Assembly: GCA_963677155.1 (NCBI GenBank)
Contig: OY781884.1
Coordinates: forward strand, 2,060,134 to 2,124,133
DNA length: 64,000 nucleotides
Source: an uncultured Draconibacterium sp.
Lineage (GTDB): Bacteria > Bacteroidota > Bacteroidia > Bacteroidales > Prolixibacteraceae
Reading direction: 5' to 3'
The notes below the pieces were generated by a model. The model searched no databases, was not told the DNA's origin, and saw only the letters and a list, made by a program, of their open reading frames with translations. Below are positions 55,672-64,000 of the stretch, piece by piece. Each line of letters starts with the position of its first letter. Position 1 is the first letter of the stretch. A program made the position numbers and the translations under genes.

Positions 55672-55819
55672 AAACCATTTCATAACAGCACCGTCTAAAT
55701 CCCCAAATAATGATTGGAATTTCCATACAACCAATAAGCCGTAGTCCGTTCTACTCAAGGTGCTTAACGGTTAATAGATAGATGTTTTGGAGCCGGTAAT
55801 TGAGATTGCCGGCTTTTTT
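55672..55819 (+). ncRNA. ECF-type promoter followed by a short transcript and terminator (candidate sRNA or 23-aa peptide)
   Basis: AAAC-N16-CGTCTAA (55672-55698); terminator AGCCGGTAAT-TGAG-ATTGCCGGCT plus T-run (55791-55819). Confidence 0.45.
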
Positions 55820-56087
55820 ACAATTAAAACTTTTAACGCAATATTTTTTTGAAACATTATAAGACACGTTATATAGTTTCGACACTTAAGGTTATTCGAG
55901 TATTGCTAAATTGTAGAACTGAAAACTTTTCTTCTGATTATGTAATCAAAAATTATTAATCATCATTCTACATTCTTTTAGTTCAATTCCTGCTTACCGA
56001 CAAAACACCCCGGTTTAACGAAAAAACTACCACTTTTCATCTTATTTCTAATAATTTGCATGAGAATTATAAACCAAACAAATTATC

Positions 56088-56801
56088 ATGAAACACATTA
56101 TCTACGTCCTTGCCGGTATTTTTTTGGCTCTTGGAACTTCATCCTGCTTGTTGCAGTCAACCGTTAAAGGAAATGGCAATGTAACCACCGAAGAAAGAAA
56201 TATCGAGGATTTCAGCGAATTAAATGTAAGTCGCGGAATGAACGTTTACGTTACCATGGGAAACGATTATAAAGTTATTGTTGAGGCCGATGAAAATCTC
56301 CATAATAGCATTGTTACCGAATTGCACGGCAAAGAACTTCGCATAAAAGCTATTGACAGAATCAGGAAAGCAACCAGCAAAAAGGTGTTTGTTACGCTCC
56401 CAAAACTTGAGTCTGCAAAATCATCATCGGGCAGCAATGTTTACTCCGAAAACATTTTAAACGTAAAAAGTATCGACCTCGCTGTTTCGTCGGGTGCCAA
56501 TTTAAAATTCTCGCTCAATGCCAACGAGGTAAGTGCAAAGGCCAACTCTGGATCGAATATTTTTCTCGAAGGAACTGCCGTTTCGATAAATGCCAAAGCC
56601 AGTTCAGGATCGAACATTAAAGCCGGAGATTTAAAAGCAAAATCGGCCCAGGCAAATGCTAGCAGCGGCGCAAACATTTGGCTAAACACCGAAAACGAAC
56701 TACAGGCAACCGCCAGCAGCGGCGGAAATGTTTTTTATAATGGCAATTCGCCAAGTGTAGAAATACACAAATCGTCGGGCGGAAATGTGATAAAAAATTA
56801 G
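56088..56801 (+). CDS. Head GIN domain (DUF2807) lipoprotein
   Basis: Lipobox TSSC; ASSG-type beta-helix repeats; VFYNGN. Confidence 0.9.
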   Translation: MKHIIYVLAGIFLALGTSSCLLQSTVKGNGNVTTEERNIEDFSELNVSRGMNVYVTMGNDYKVIVEADENLHNSIVTELHGKELRIKAIDRIRKATSKKVFVTLPKLESAKSSSGSNVYSENILNVKSIDLAVSSGANLKFSLNANEVSAKANSGSNIFLEGTAVSINAKASSGSNIKAGDLKAKSAQANASSGANIWLNTENELQATASSGGNVFYNGNSPSVEIHKSSGGNVIKN

Positions 56802-56810
56802 AAGGTACTG

Positions 56811-56834
56811 TAACTTTCCAGAAATAGCAGCGTC
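56811..56834 (+). promoter_or_regulatory. ECF sigma-type promoter TAAC-N16-CGTC
   Basis: GTAAC-TTTCCAGAAATAGCAG-CGTC, 40 nt before the 56875 ATG. Confidence 0.55.
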
Positions 56835-56874
56835 TTTTTAACAGTCTCAATTCAAAAAACAAAAAATAACGCAC

Positions 56875-57588
56875 ATGAAAACATTCTCAAAAATTCTATT
56901 CATACTTATGATAGCTGTTACCAGCTACGGAACAGTACTTGCCGGAAACCGCAACGAAACCCAAACGCGCCAGATAAGAGGTTTTAATGCCATAGAAGTG
57001 TCAACCGGAATCGACCTGTACCTGACAATGGGCAACACCGAAGAAGTAAAAGTGGTTGCCGACGATGATATTATTGATGATTTAATTACCAAGGTTGAAG
57101 GCGGAACGCTTAAGATTTACATGAAAAAACGAAACTGGTTTAACTGGAACAGCAGCAACCATCCAAGAAAAGTTTATGTAACCGTAAAAGAGTTAAACGA
57201 GCTCTCAGCATCGTCGGGGTCTGATGTGGAGTCGACAAATACGCTTAAAGGAGAATCGCTTGAAGTAAGCAGTAGCAGCGGTTCCGATTTGGAGATAGAG
57301 GTATTGTACAAAAATCTGTCGGTTGATACCAGCAGTGGCAGCGACGCCAAATTAAGTGGCAAAGTAAAAACACTTCGTGTTGATGCCAGTAGTGGCTCGG
57401 ATATTAACGCCGGCGGCCTTGAGTCGGTAATTTGTTATGCCAACGCCAGTAGCGGATCGGATGTTACCGTTAGTGTTAGCAGCGAACTGCATGCCGATGC
57501 CAGTAGCGGGTCGGATATCAATTATCATGGGAATCCACAAATCAGAGACATCGACGAATCGAGCGGTGGCGATGTAAACCAACGATAG
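56875..57588 (+). CDS. Head GIN domain (DUF2807) protein
   Basis: Signal peptide; repeated ASSGSD units; INYHGNP. Confidence 0.9.
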   Translation: MKTFSKILFILMIAVTSYGTVLAGNRNETQTRQIRGFNAIEVSTGIDLYLTMGNTEEVKVVADDDIIDDLITKVEGGTLKIYMKKRNWFNWNSSNHPRKVYVTVKELNELSASSGSDVESTNTLKGESLEVSSSSGSDLEIEVLYKNLSVDTSSGSDAKLSGKVKTLRVDASSGSDINAGGLESVICYANASSGSDVTVSVSSELHADASSGSDINYHGNPQIRDIDESSGGDVNQR

Positions 57589-57607
57589 AAATTAACATAC
57601 AAATAAA

Positions 57608-57634
57608 GAAGGCGGCCTGTTCCGCCTTTTTTTT
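57608..57634 (+). terminator. Terminator after the GIN pair
   Basis: AAGGCGG-CCTGTT-CCGCCTT plus T-run. Confidence 0.75.
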
Positions 57635-57692
57635 CATGCCTATAATTACGCTAATTCAATAGAAACCATATTTTTGCGTTCTATTAATTGGT

Positions 57693-59069
57693 ATGAGGAA
57701 TTTTCCCACAAAAATACGATTTATAGTAATTCTGTTTGCTGTAATTTGCAGAATACCTGCAACAGCACAACACGGAAATCCACTACAGTTTTTGTCGGAG
57801 GTAAGTCAATCGTCGCAGTCAAATCCGGCATTTCATAATAAAACCGAAAAGCTGGTAATTGGTCTTCCTCTTTTATCAGGTGCCACACTTCACTGGAATG
57901 CTAATTTTTCTTTCGATTATTTGTTTACTGAAAACTTTGATTATAGCTTCGATCATTTTTACAAGTCTCTGGGCGAACCCGGCGATGCTGAAGCACTTGC
58001 AACGCTACCACTTGTATATTTAAGCCACACAAACGATAAACGAACCTTAAGCTTTTCCCTATCAGAACGAATTCTGGTTTCGGGAAATTTCGATCACAAG
58101 TTTCTGAAATTCATCGACCAGGGCTTGCTTCCCTATTATGGGCAGGAAGAAGAATTTGGCCCCATCTCTTTTAAAACACAAATTTTCAGAGAACTGGCTT
58201 TTTCGTATGCCAAACAAGTTACCAGAAAATTGAGCGTTGGAATACGTCCTAAAATATTGTTTGGCCGTTTTTTTTACGACATAAACAACCTGAACATTGT
58301 GATACACACCGATGAAGAAAGACAAATTCTGCAAGTTATTCCAAACGGAAACTACCGAATTTCGGGACCAATAAATGTGCAATACGATCCGCTAAACGGA
58401 AAAACAACCATTAATTCCGATTTTACGGCCGGAGATTACTTTTTTAAGTTTAAAAATATGGGAGCCGGCATCGATTTGGGTTTTACATACCAACTAAACA
58501 AACAAACCACCGTTGCATTGGCGGTTACCGATATTGGTTTTACCTCCTTAAACTATAAGGCTTTTAACAATAAATTTATCGGTTCGATCGATTATGCGGA
58601 GTATAATCTCTATCAGTCATCCGATTCAGAAGCGCCTTACTATTTTGCCCCCAAATATGCACTAGATGCGCTAACAGATTCCCTGCCTTATAAAACAATA
58701 GCTGAAGCTTTTACACAACGTCAATTCGAACTGCTGCCGGCAAAACTAAACATGATGGCAACACATCAGTTAAACGATAAAATGAAGCTAAGCTTCTCCG
58801 ACAATCTTACTTACTACGACAGAGTAGCCAGTAATTATTTATCGGCTTATTTTAATCTGCTTTTAGGAACCCGTTTCGAATTAAGCAGTGGGTTAAACCT
58901 GTATAATCTCAAACAGGTATTACCCGGTTTTGCATGCAGTTACACGGGCAGAGGAGTGCAACTTTATCTGGCAACAAATAATATTACCAGACTGATGCAA
59001 CCATCTAAAGCAAAAAATTTAAATTTGCGTTTTGGTGTAAACTTATTATTTCCCACGCAGCCAAATTAG
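57693..59069 (+). CDS. DUF5723-like outer-membrane beta-barrel protein
   Basis: Signal peptide; NPAF; GAGIDLGFTY; C-terminal FGVNLLF. Confidence 0.75.
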   Translation: MRNFPTKIRFIVILFAVICRIPATAQHGNPLQFLSEVSQSSQSNPAFHNKTEKLVIGLPLLSGATLHWNANFSFDYLFTENFDYSFDHFYKSLGEPGDAEALATLPLVYLSHTNDKRTLSFSLSERILVSGNFDHKFLKFIDQGLLPYYGQEEEFGPISFKTQIFRELAFSYAKQVTRKLSVGIRPKILFGRFFYDINNLNIVIHTDEERQILQVIPNGNYRISGPINVQYDPLNGKTTINSDFTAGDYFFKFKNMGAGIDLGFTYQLNKQTTVALAVTDIGFTSLNYKAFNNKFIGSIDYAEYNLYQSSDSEAPYYFAPKYALDALTDSLPYKTIAEAFTQRQFELLPAKLNMMATHQLNDKMKLSFSDNLTYYDRVASNYLSAYFNLLLGTRFELSSGLNLYNLKQVLPGFACSYTGRGVQLYLATNNITRLMQPSKAKNLNLRFGVNLLFPTQPN

Positions 59070-59077
59070 TTTTTGTT

Positions 59078-59350
59078 ATGACTTTATTTATTACACTATA
59101 CTTGGTAGGCTTCCTCCGAACTCTCGTTATAATTGCTGTTATCTACTTCGGATTTCGCTTTATTGTGCGCTATATCTTTCCGAAAATAATTGACAAAGGG
59201 ATGAAGAATATGCAGCAGAAAATGCGCGAACAGCAACAACAGCAGCAACCCAAACGCCCCGAAGGAGAAGTTACCATTGAAGCCCCACGCACAAATAAGA
59301 GAAACACCCCGGACAATGGCGAATATGTTGATTTCGAAGAGGTAGATTAG
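59078..59350 (+). CDS. DUF4834-like small membrane protein
   Basis: TM helix, Q-run, EGEVTI, C-terminal GEYVDFEEVD. Confidence 0.8.
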   Translation: MTLFITLYLVGFLRTLVIIAVIYFGFRFIVRYIFPKIIDKGMKNMQQKMREQQQQQQPKRPEGEVTIEAPRTNKRNTPDNGEYVDFEEVD

Positions 59351-59457
59351 TGAAGCATGGACTGAAGAACTGATTTAATGAAAGATTGAGCTGTCAGAGA
59401 CAATAATTGAATAGGCAACCAACAAATTTCAGTAAGCAAAACACTAGTCAATAAACA

Positions 59458-59672
59458 TCTAAAGTACAGGGGAGAGAGCAGCCTGACAAAGAATACAATT
59501 TCCTTGTTACAGTTTAACAATCGTGTTCAATTTTAAAATCAATCCTCTTTCAATCTAATCCAATCTCTGCAGATTTTCCATTCATCATTCCTCATTAACT
59601 CATTCCCTAAATATCCTATTAATCTTTAATCACTAATCCTTAATCTTCCGGCTCTCTCCCCTGTACTTTAGA
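59458..59672. repeat. Perfect 22-bp inverted repeat enclosing 171 bp
   Basis: TCTAAAGTACAGGGGAGAGAGC (59458-59479) and GCTCTCTCCCCTGTACTTTAGA (59651-59672). Confidence 0.9.
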
Positions 59673-59716
59673 ATTTTATCCTATTTTTGCGTTCACAATT
59701 CAGAAATTATAGTTAG

Positions 59717-61252
59717 ATGGCACAAGAAGATATTTTCAAAAAATTAGTAGCGCACTGCAAAGAATACGGTTATGTATTTCAATCGAGCGAGATTTATGAT
59801 GGATTGGGAGCAGTGTACGATTACGGACAAATGGGTGTTGAACTGAAAAACAACATCAAAAAATACTGGTGGGACAGCATGGTGCTGTTGCACGAAAATG
59901 TGGTTGGTTTAGACTCAGCCATTTTTATGCACCCAACAATTTGGAAAGCATCGGGCCACGTTGATGCTTTTAACGATCCGTTAATCGATAACAAAGATTC
60001 GAAAAAACGCTACCGTGCCGATGTACTTATTGAAGACCAGTTGGCGAAGTACGAGGAAAAAATGAACAAGGAAGTTAAAAAGGCTGCAAAACGTTTTGGC
60101 GATTCCTTCGACGAAAAACAATTCCGCGAAACCAATCCTCGTGTTCTGGCCAACCAGGAAAAATGGAATAATCTGCATAAGCGTTTTTCAGATGCACTGA
60201 ATGATAACGATCTGGCAGAATTAAAACAAATAATTGAAGACGAAGGTATTGTTTGCCCCATATCAGGCTCACGCAACTGGACTGATGTTCGACAGTTTAA
60301 CCTGATGTTTTCTACCGAAATGGGATCGACTGCTGAAGGCGCATCAAAAATCTTCCTTCGCCCCGAAACGGCACAAGGAATTTTTGTAAACTACCTGAAT
60401 GTGCAAAAAACGGGACGTATGAAAATTCCGTTTGGAATTGCCCAAATTGGTAAAGCTTTCCGTAACGAAATTGTAGCACGTCAGTTTATTTTCCGTATGC
60501 GCGAATTCGAACAAATGGAAATGCAATTCTTTGTTCGTCCCGGCACCGAGCTCGACTGGTTCGAGAAATGGAAAACAACACGGATGAAATGGCATCGTGC
60601 CCTTGGTTTTGGCGATGAAAACTACCGTTTCCACGAACACGAGAAACTTGCGCACTATGCCAATGCTGCTGTTGACGTTGAATATAAATTCCCATTCGGA
60701 TTTAAGGAGGTGGAAGGTATCCACTCGCGTACCGATTTCGACTTGTCGCAACACGAAAAATATTCTGGCAAGAAAATTCGCTACTACGATCCTGAACTGG
60801 GAGAATCATACGTTCCTTATGTTGTTGAAACATCAATTGGTGTCGACCGCATGTTCCTGCAGGTAATTTCGGCAAGTTATTGTGAAGAACAAATGGAAAA
60901 AGATACACGTGTTGTACTGAAATTACCTCCGGTACTGGCTCCTGTAAAACTGGCTGTTATGCCGCTGGTAAAAAAAGACGGACTTCCGGAAAAAGCCCGC
61001 GAGATTATCGACGAGCTGAAATTTGATTTTAACTGTCAGTACGACGAAAAAGACTCAATTGGGAAACGTTACCGTCGTCAGGATGCCATTGGTACTCCGT
61101 TCTGCGTAACTGTCGATCACCAAAGCAACGAAGATAATACGGTTACCATCCGCTACCGCGACACTATGGAACAGGAACGTGTTGCCATTGCCGATTTGGG
61201 TAAAATTATTGGCGAGCAGGTTAGCTATAAGAAGTTGTTTGGGAAGTTGTAA
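59717..61252 (+). CDS. glyQS: Glycine--tRNA ligase (homodimeric type)
   Basis: SEIYDGL, LRPETAQG, FRNEI, REFEQME, ETSIGVDR, anticodon domain IGKRYRRQDAIGTP; -7 box TAttTTTG near 59686. Confidence 0.97.
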   Translation: MAQEDIFKKLVAHCKEYGYVFQSSEIYDGLGAVYDYGQMGVELKNNIKKYWWDSMVLLHENVVGLDSAIFMHPTIWKASGHVDAFNDPLIDNKDSKKRYRADVLIEDQLAKYEEKMNKEVKKAAKRFGDSFDEKQFRETNPRVLANQEKWNNLHKRFSDALNDNDLAELKQIIEDEGIVCPISGSRNWTDVRQFNLMFSTEMGSTAEGASKIFLRPETAQGIFVNYLNVQKTGRMKIPFGIAQIGKAFRNEIVARQFIFRMREFEQMEMQFFVRPGTELDWFEKWKTTRMKWHRALGFGDENYRFHEHEKLAHYANAAVDVEYKFPFGFKEVEGIHSRTDFDLSQHEKYSGKKIRYYDPELGESYVPYVVETSIGVDRMFLQVISASYCEEQMEKDTRVVLKLPPVLAPVKLAVMPLVKKDGLPEKAREIIDELKFDFNCQYDEKDSIGKRYRRQDAIGTPFCVTVDHQSNEDNTVTIRYRDTMEQERVAIADLGKIIGEQVSYKKLFGKL

Positions 61253-61358
61253 GAATACAGATTTATTACCTTTCTCCCTAATTATAATATGTGATAAAAT
61301 TTGTGCAATTTTATCACATATTTTTTTTATCATATCGAAACAAAATTCCGAATATACC

Positions 61359-63941
61359 ATGGATTTTAAATCAATTCTGAAGACTACAGTTCCGCATATT
61401 ATTGCGATTGCCGCAATGATTCTTGTTTCATCTGTATATTTTTATCCGGCCTGGGAAGGCGAAACTCTTCGACGCGATGACATTGTAAAAGATTATGGGA
61501 GTCGAAAAGATGTTCTTCACGCAAGAAAATATGAAAATAAATCAATTCTATGGCAACCATCCCTATTTTCGGGAATGCCAGATTATGTTGGAACGTCATA
61601 TCCCAGCTCGTCAAAACTAAAACGCATCTACAATTATCCTGTCAAACTTGGAATACCACAAGAAGTTAATTTTATTATTTGGTATATGCTTGGTTTTTAC
61701 ATCTTACTTATCGCCTTAGGTGCAAATCCCTGGTTATCTTTGGCCGGTGCTCTGGCTTTTGGACTAACTTCATATAATCTCATTATAATAAATGCCGGAC
61801 ACTTTAAAAAAGTGAGAACCCTTGCTTATATAGCACCAGTACTAGCAGGGGTACTATTAACCTATCGAAAAAAATACCTTCTTGGCTTTGTTCTTACAGC
61901 ATTCTTTCTCGCCCTACAAATAGCACACGACCATATTCAGATGAGTTATTACTTTATGCTTGGATTGGTTTGTATAGGAATGGTTGAACTTTATAATCAC
62001 ATTAAAGAAAATCACTTATCAGACTTCATAAAGGCTTCTACCTTGTTAATCATTGCAGCATTGGTAGCCATCGGACCAAACTATTCCAAACTTTCAAACC
62101 TTTATCGTTACAACAAACAAACAATCAGAGGGAAAAGTGAATTAACGGAAGGTAAAAAAGGTGTAAAAACAGAATCCGGTCTGGATCGCGATTATATTAA
62201 TGCCTGGAGTAGTGGAAGATCTGAAAGTATGATGCTATTTGCCCCAAAAGTTAAAGGAGGAGCAAGTGCTTACGTAAAACAAGATCGTGAATTATTAAAA
62301 CATGTCGATCCAAGGATGCGTGAAACAATTGGAAATATGAACCAATATTGGGGAGACCAGGGTGGAAGTGGCGGCCCCAATACAGCTGGGGCAGTTATTG
62401 TATTCCTATTTATTATCGGCCTGTTTATTATAAAAGGACCAATGAAGCAGGGGATTTTAGTTTCAGTAATTCTATTTATCTTACTTTCCTGGGGGAAACA
62501 TTTCTCCATTTTCACTGATATTTTTATCGATTATGTTCCGTTGTACAATAAATTCAGAACCCCTGTCTCCATTCTGGCTATTGCAGTTATTTTCATAACA
62601 TTCTTCGCTTTTTACACGCTTTCCAAGCTTATAAAAAACCCAGAGCTACTCTCCCATAATTCAAAACTCACATTAGGTAAGAAACCCGTACCAATGTATA
62701 TGGCGGCCGGACTTGGGTTTATTCTTCTTTTATTACTGAATCTGGCATTTCCACAACTATTCAACCGCTATTTAAATGATCAGGAAATTGCCCTTTTTGA
62801 TAATTACCGGGCACAGGGCGGAGCAAATCAAATAGATGCAATTGTAAACGCACTTACATCTCTTAGGATTTATGTATTCAGGACGGAATTTTTTAGAACT
62901 TTAGTTTTTGCCGTATTAACACTAGCCAGCATATACTTATTTAAAAACAAAAAGATAAAAGCCAATACATTAATAGCACTCATTGGAATACTTTCAATTA
63001 TTGATGTTTGGACAATAGGTCAACGCTATGTAAACAAAGATGATTTTACCAAACAAAACCTGATTGAAAATGAATACAGATTAACGGATATCGACAAACA
63101 AATTTTTGCAAGAGAGATTCAGAACAATCCGGATCTGGAGCAAAAAATTAATGAGGCATATGGCCAATTCCAACCAAAAAATCAAGCAGAACAAGAAGAT
63201 ATCCAGAAATATATTATTCAAAAGAATACTTTTTACAGAGTATACGATCTCACCACTGCCGCTTTTCAAGATAACGGGATAACCGGGACACACCGTTCTA
63301 TTGGAGGCTACCATGCAGCAAAATTACGACGTTATCAGGACCTGATTGAGCGACAGATTAGCAAGGGCAACATGCAAGTTTTAAACATGCTAAACACCAA
63401 GTACTTTATTACCCAAAATGGTTTGCAAATTAATCCTTCCGCATTAGGAGCTGCCTGGTTTGTCGGTTCTGTAATTTGGGCTGATAGTCCGGATGAAGAA
63501 ATGGAAGCCCTAAATAATTTTAATGCTCCAAGCCAGGTAGTATTGAACACTAAAGACAAATCTAAAATATCACCATATACCCCTCCTATTCAAGGAGATA
63601 CAATTACTGTTGAATCAAGAGAACCAGATCATATTACTTACTCCTCACAAACATCAGGAGACAGAATAGCCGTATTTTCAGAAGTGTATTATCCCGACTG
63701 GACCGTCCTAATTGATGGACATCCAGCTGAATGTGTTGAAGGTAATTACATTTTACGTGTATTGCATGTTCCGGGAGGGCAACATAAAATTGAATTTATA
63801 TTCAATCCTCCACATTATACAAAAGCCAATTCTATTTCTATGATTTTTTATTATTTAATTATGGCGTTGGTACTTATTATTGTCGGGCTTTCAGTTTACA
63901 GAGCGATAAACAAACAAGATCAATCAGATGTAAAAGCCTAA
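61359..63941 (+). CDS. YfhO family membrane protein (GT-C-like glycosyltransferase)
   Basis: W..SLFSGMP, HIQMSYY, YWGDQ, VPLYNKFR, GGYHAAKLRRYQ, FSEVYYPDW. Start moved to the MDFKS ATG at 61359. Confidence 0.88.
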   Translation: MDFKSILKTTVPHIIAIAAMILVSSVYFYPAWEGETLRRDDIVKDYGSRKDVLHARKYENKSILWQPSLFSGMPDYVGTSYPSSSKLKRIYNYPVKLGIPQEVNFIIWYMLGFYILLIALGANPWLSLAGALAFGLTSYNLIIINAGHFKKVRTLAYIAPVLAGVLLTYRKKYLLGFVLTAFFLALQIAHDHIQMSYYFMLGLVCIGMVELYNHIKENHLSDFIKASTLLIIAALVAIGPNYSKLSNLYRYNKQTIRGKSELTEGKKGVKTESGLDRDYINAWSSGRSESMMLFAPKVKGGASAYVKQDRELLKHVDPRMRETIGNMNQYWGDQGGSGGPNTAGAVIVFLFIIGLFIIKGPMKQGILVSVILFILLSWGKHFSIFTDIFIDYVPLYNKFRTPVSILAIAVIFITFFAFYTLSKLIKNPELLSHNSKLTLGKKPVPMYMAAGLGFILLLLLNLAFPQLFNRYLNDQEIALFDNYRAQGGANQIDAIVNALTSLRIYVFRTEFFRTLVFAVLTLASIYLFKNKKIKANTLIALIGILSIIDVWTIGQRYVNKDDFTKQNLIENEYRLTDIDKQIFAREIQNNPDLEQKINEAYGQFQPKNQAEQEDIQKYIIQKNTFYRVYDLTTAAFQDNGITGTHRSIGGYHAAKLRRYQDLIERQISKGNMQVLNMLNTKYFITQNGLQINPSALGAAWFVGSVIWADSPDEEMEALNNFNAPSQVVLNTKDKSKISPYTPPIQGDTITVESREPDHITYSSQTSGDRIAVFSEVYYPDWTVLIDGHPAECVEGNYILRVLHVPGGQHKIEFIFNPPHYTKANSISMIFYYLIMALVLIIVGLSVYRAINKQDQSDVKA

Positions 63942-63950
63942 GGAAATAAA

Positions 63951-64000
63951 ATGCGTTATACAATTATCATAGCAGTATACAACCGTACCGATGAGATTCG
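63951..64000 (+). CDS. Start of a family 2 glycosyltransferase (truncated by the window edge)
   Basis: MRYTIIIAVYNRTDEIR is a GT2-type N-terminus. Confidence 0.75.
   Translation, partial: MRYTIIIAVYNRTDEI

Noticed and set aside
56400-57570. Periodic AGCAG(T/C)GG repeats resembling an array
   Set aside because: They encode the ASSG beta-helix repeats of GIN-domain proteins; this is not CRISPR or a non-coding repeat.
59350-59716. T-box riboswitch upstream of glyQS
   Set aside because: No T-box consensus (AAnnnnGGTGGnACC-type) or specifier stem was seen, and the promoter box lies only ~25 nt from the ATG.
577-63559. The many 60-170 aa ORFs in the track that lie antisense to or inside long genes (for example 1449-1685, 11540-12010, 14143-14652, 37133-37648, 38430-39212, 45611-46081)
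   Set aside because: They overlap well-supported genes, have no recognisable motifs and are expected shadow frames.

Overview
Chromosomal 64-kb window from a Bacteroidota bacterium. The gene content and recurrent TAnnTTTG promoter boxes suggest an aquatic or sediment Marinilabiliales/Prolixibacteraceae-like organism; this is inference and no search was run. It holds about 55 CDSs. Housekeeping genes include rnr, dnaG, cobB, glyQS, comF and an S41 peptidase. Envelope genes include two TonB-dependent receptors, two MscS channels, two GIN-domain proteins, and YfhO plus the start of a GT2. Carbohydrate enzymes include GH97, a GHL10-like hydrolase and two Tat-exported Gfo/Idh/MocA oxidoreductases. 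I saw no rRNA, tRNA, CRISPR array, intact transposase or phage gene. The strongest leads are: (1) a Cys-free, His-rich 117-aa ORF ending in RAPP directly upstream of a TonB receptor with a CxxC plug, a candidate metal-sensing ribosome-arrest leader; (2) a tetraheme NapC/NirT domain fused to an FGE-sulfatase-like domain, co-oriented with a Tat-lipoprotein dehydrogenase; (3) a YeeE/YedE pair with several exported rhodanese proteins, one carrying its only Cys in a C-terminal GGCE tail; (4) two ~210-bp segments bounded by long inverted repeats (before rnr and before glyQS); (5) several promoter-terminator units with no ORF (candidate sRNAs) and shared ECF-type promoters; (6) a BlaI / M56-TonB fusion with a recent 270-bp internal duplication and a tandem operator. 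All product calls rest on motif recognition, not database searches.
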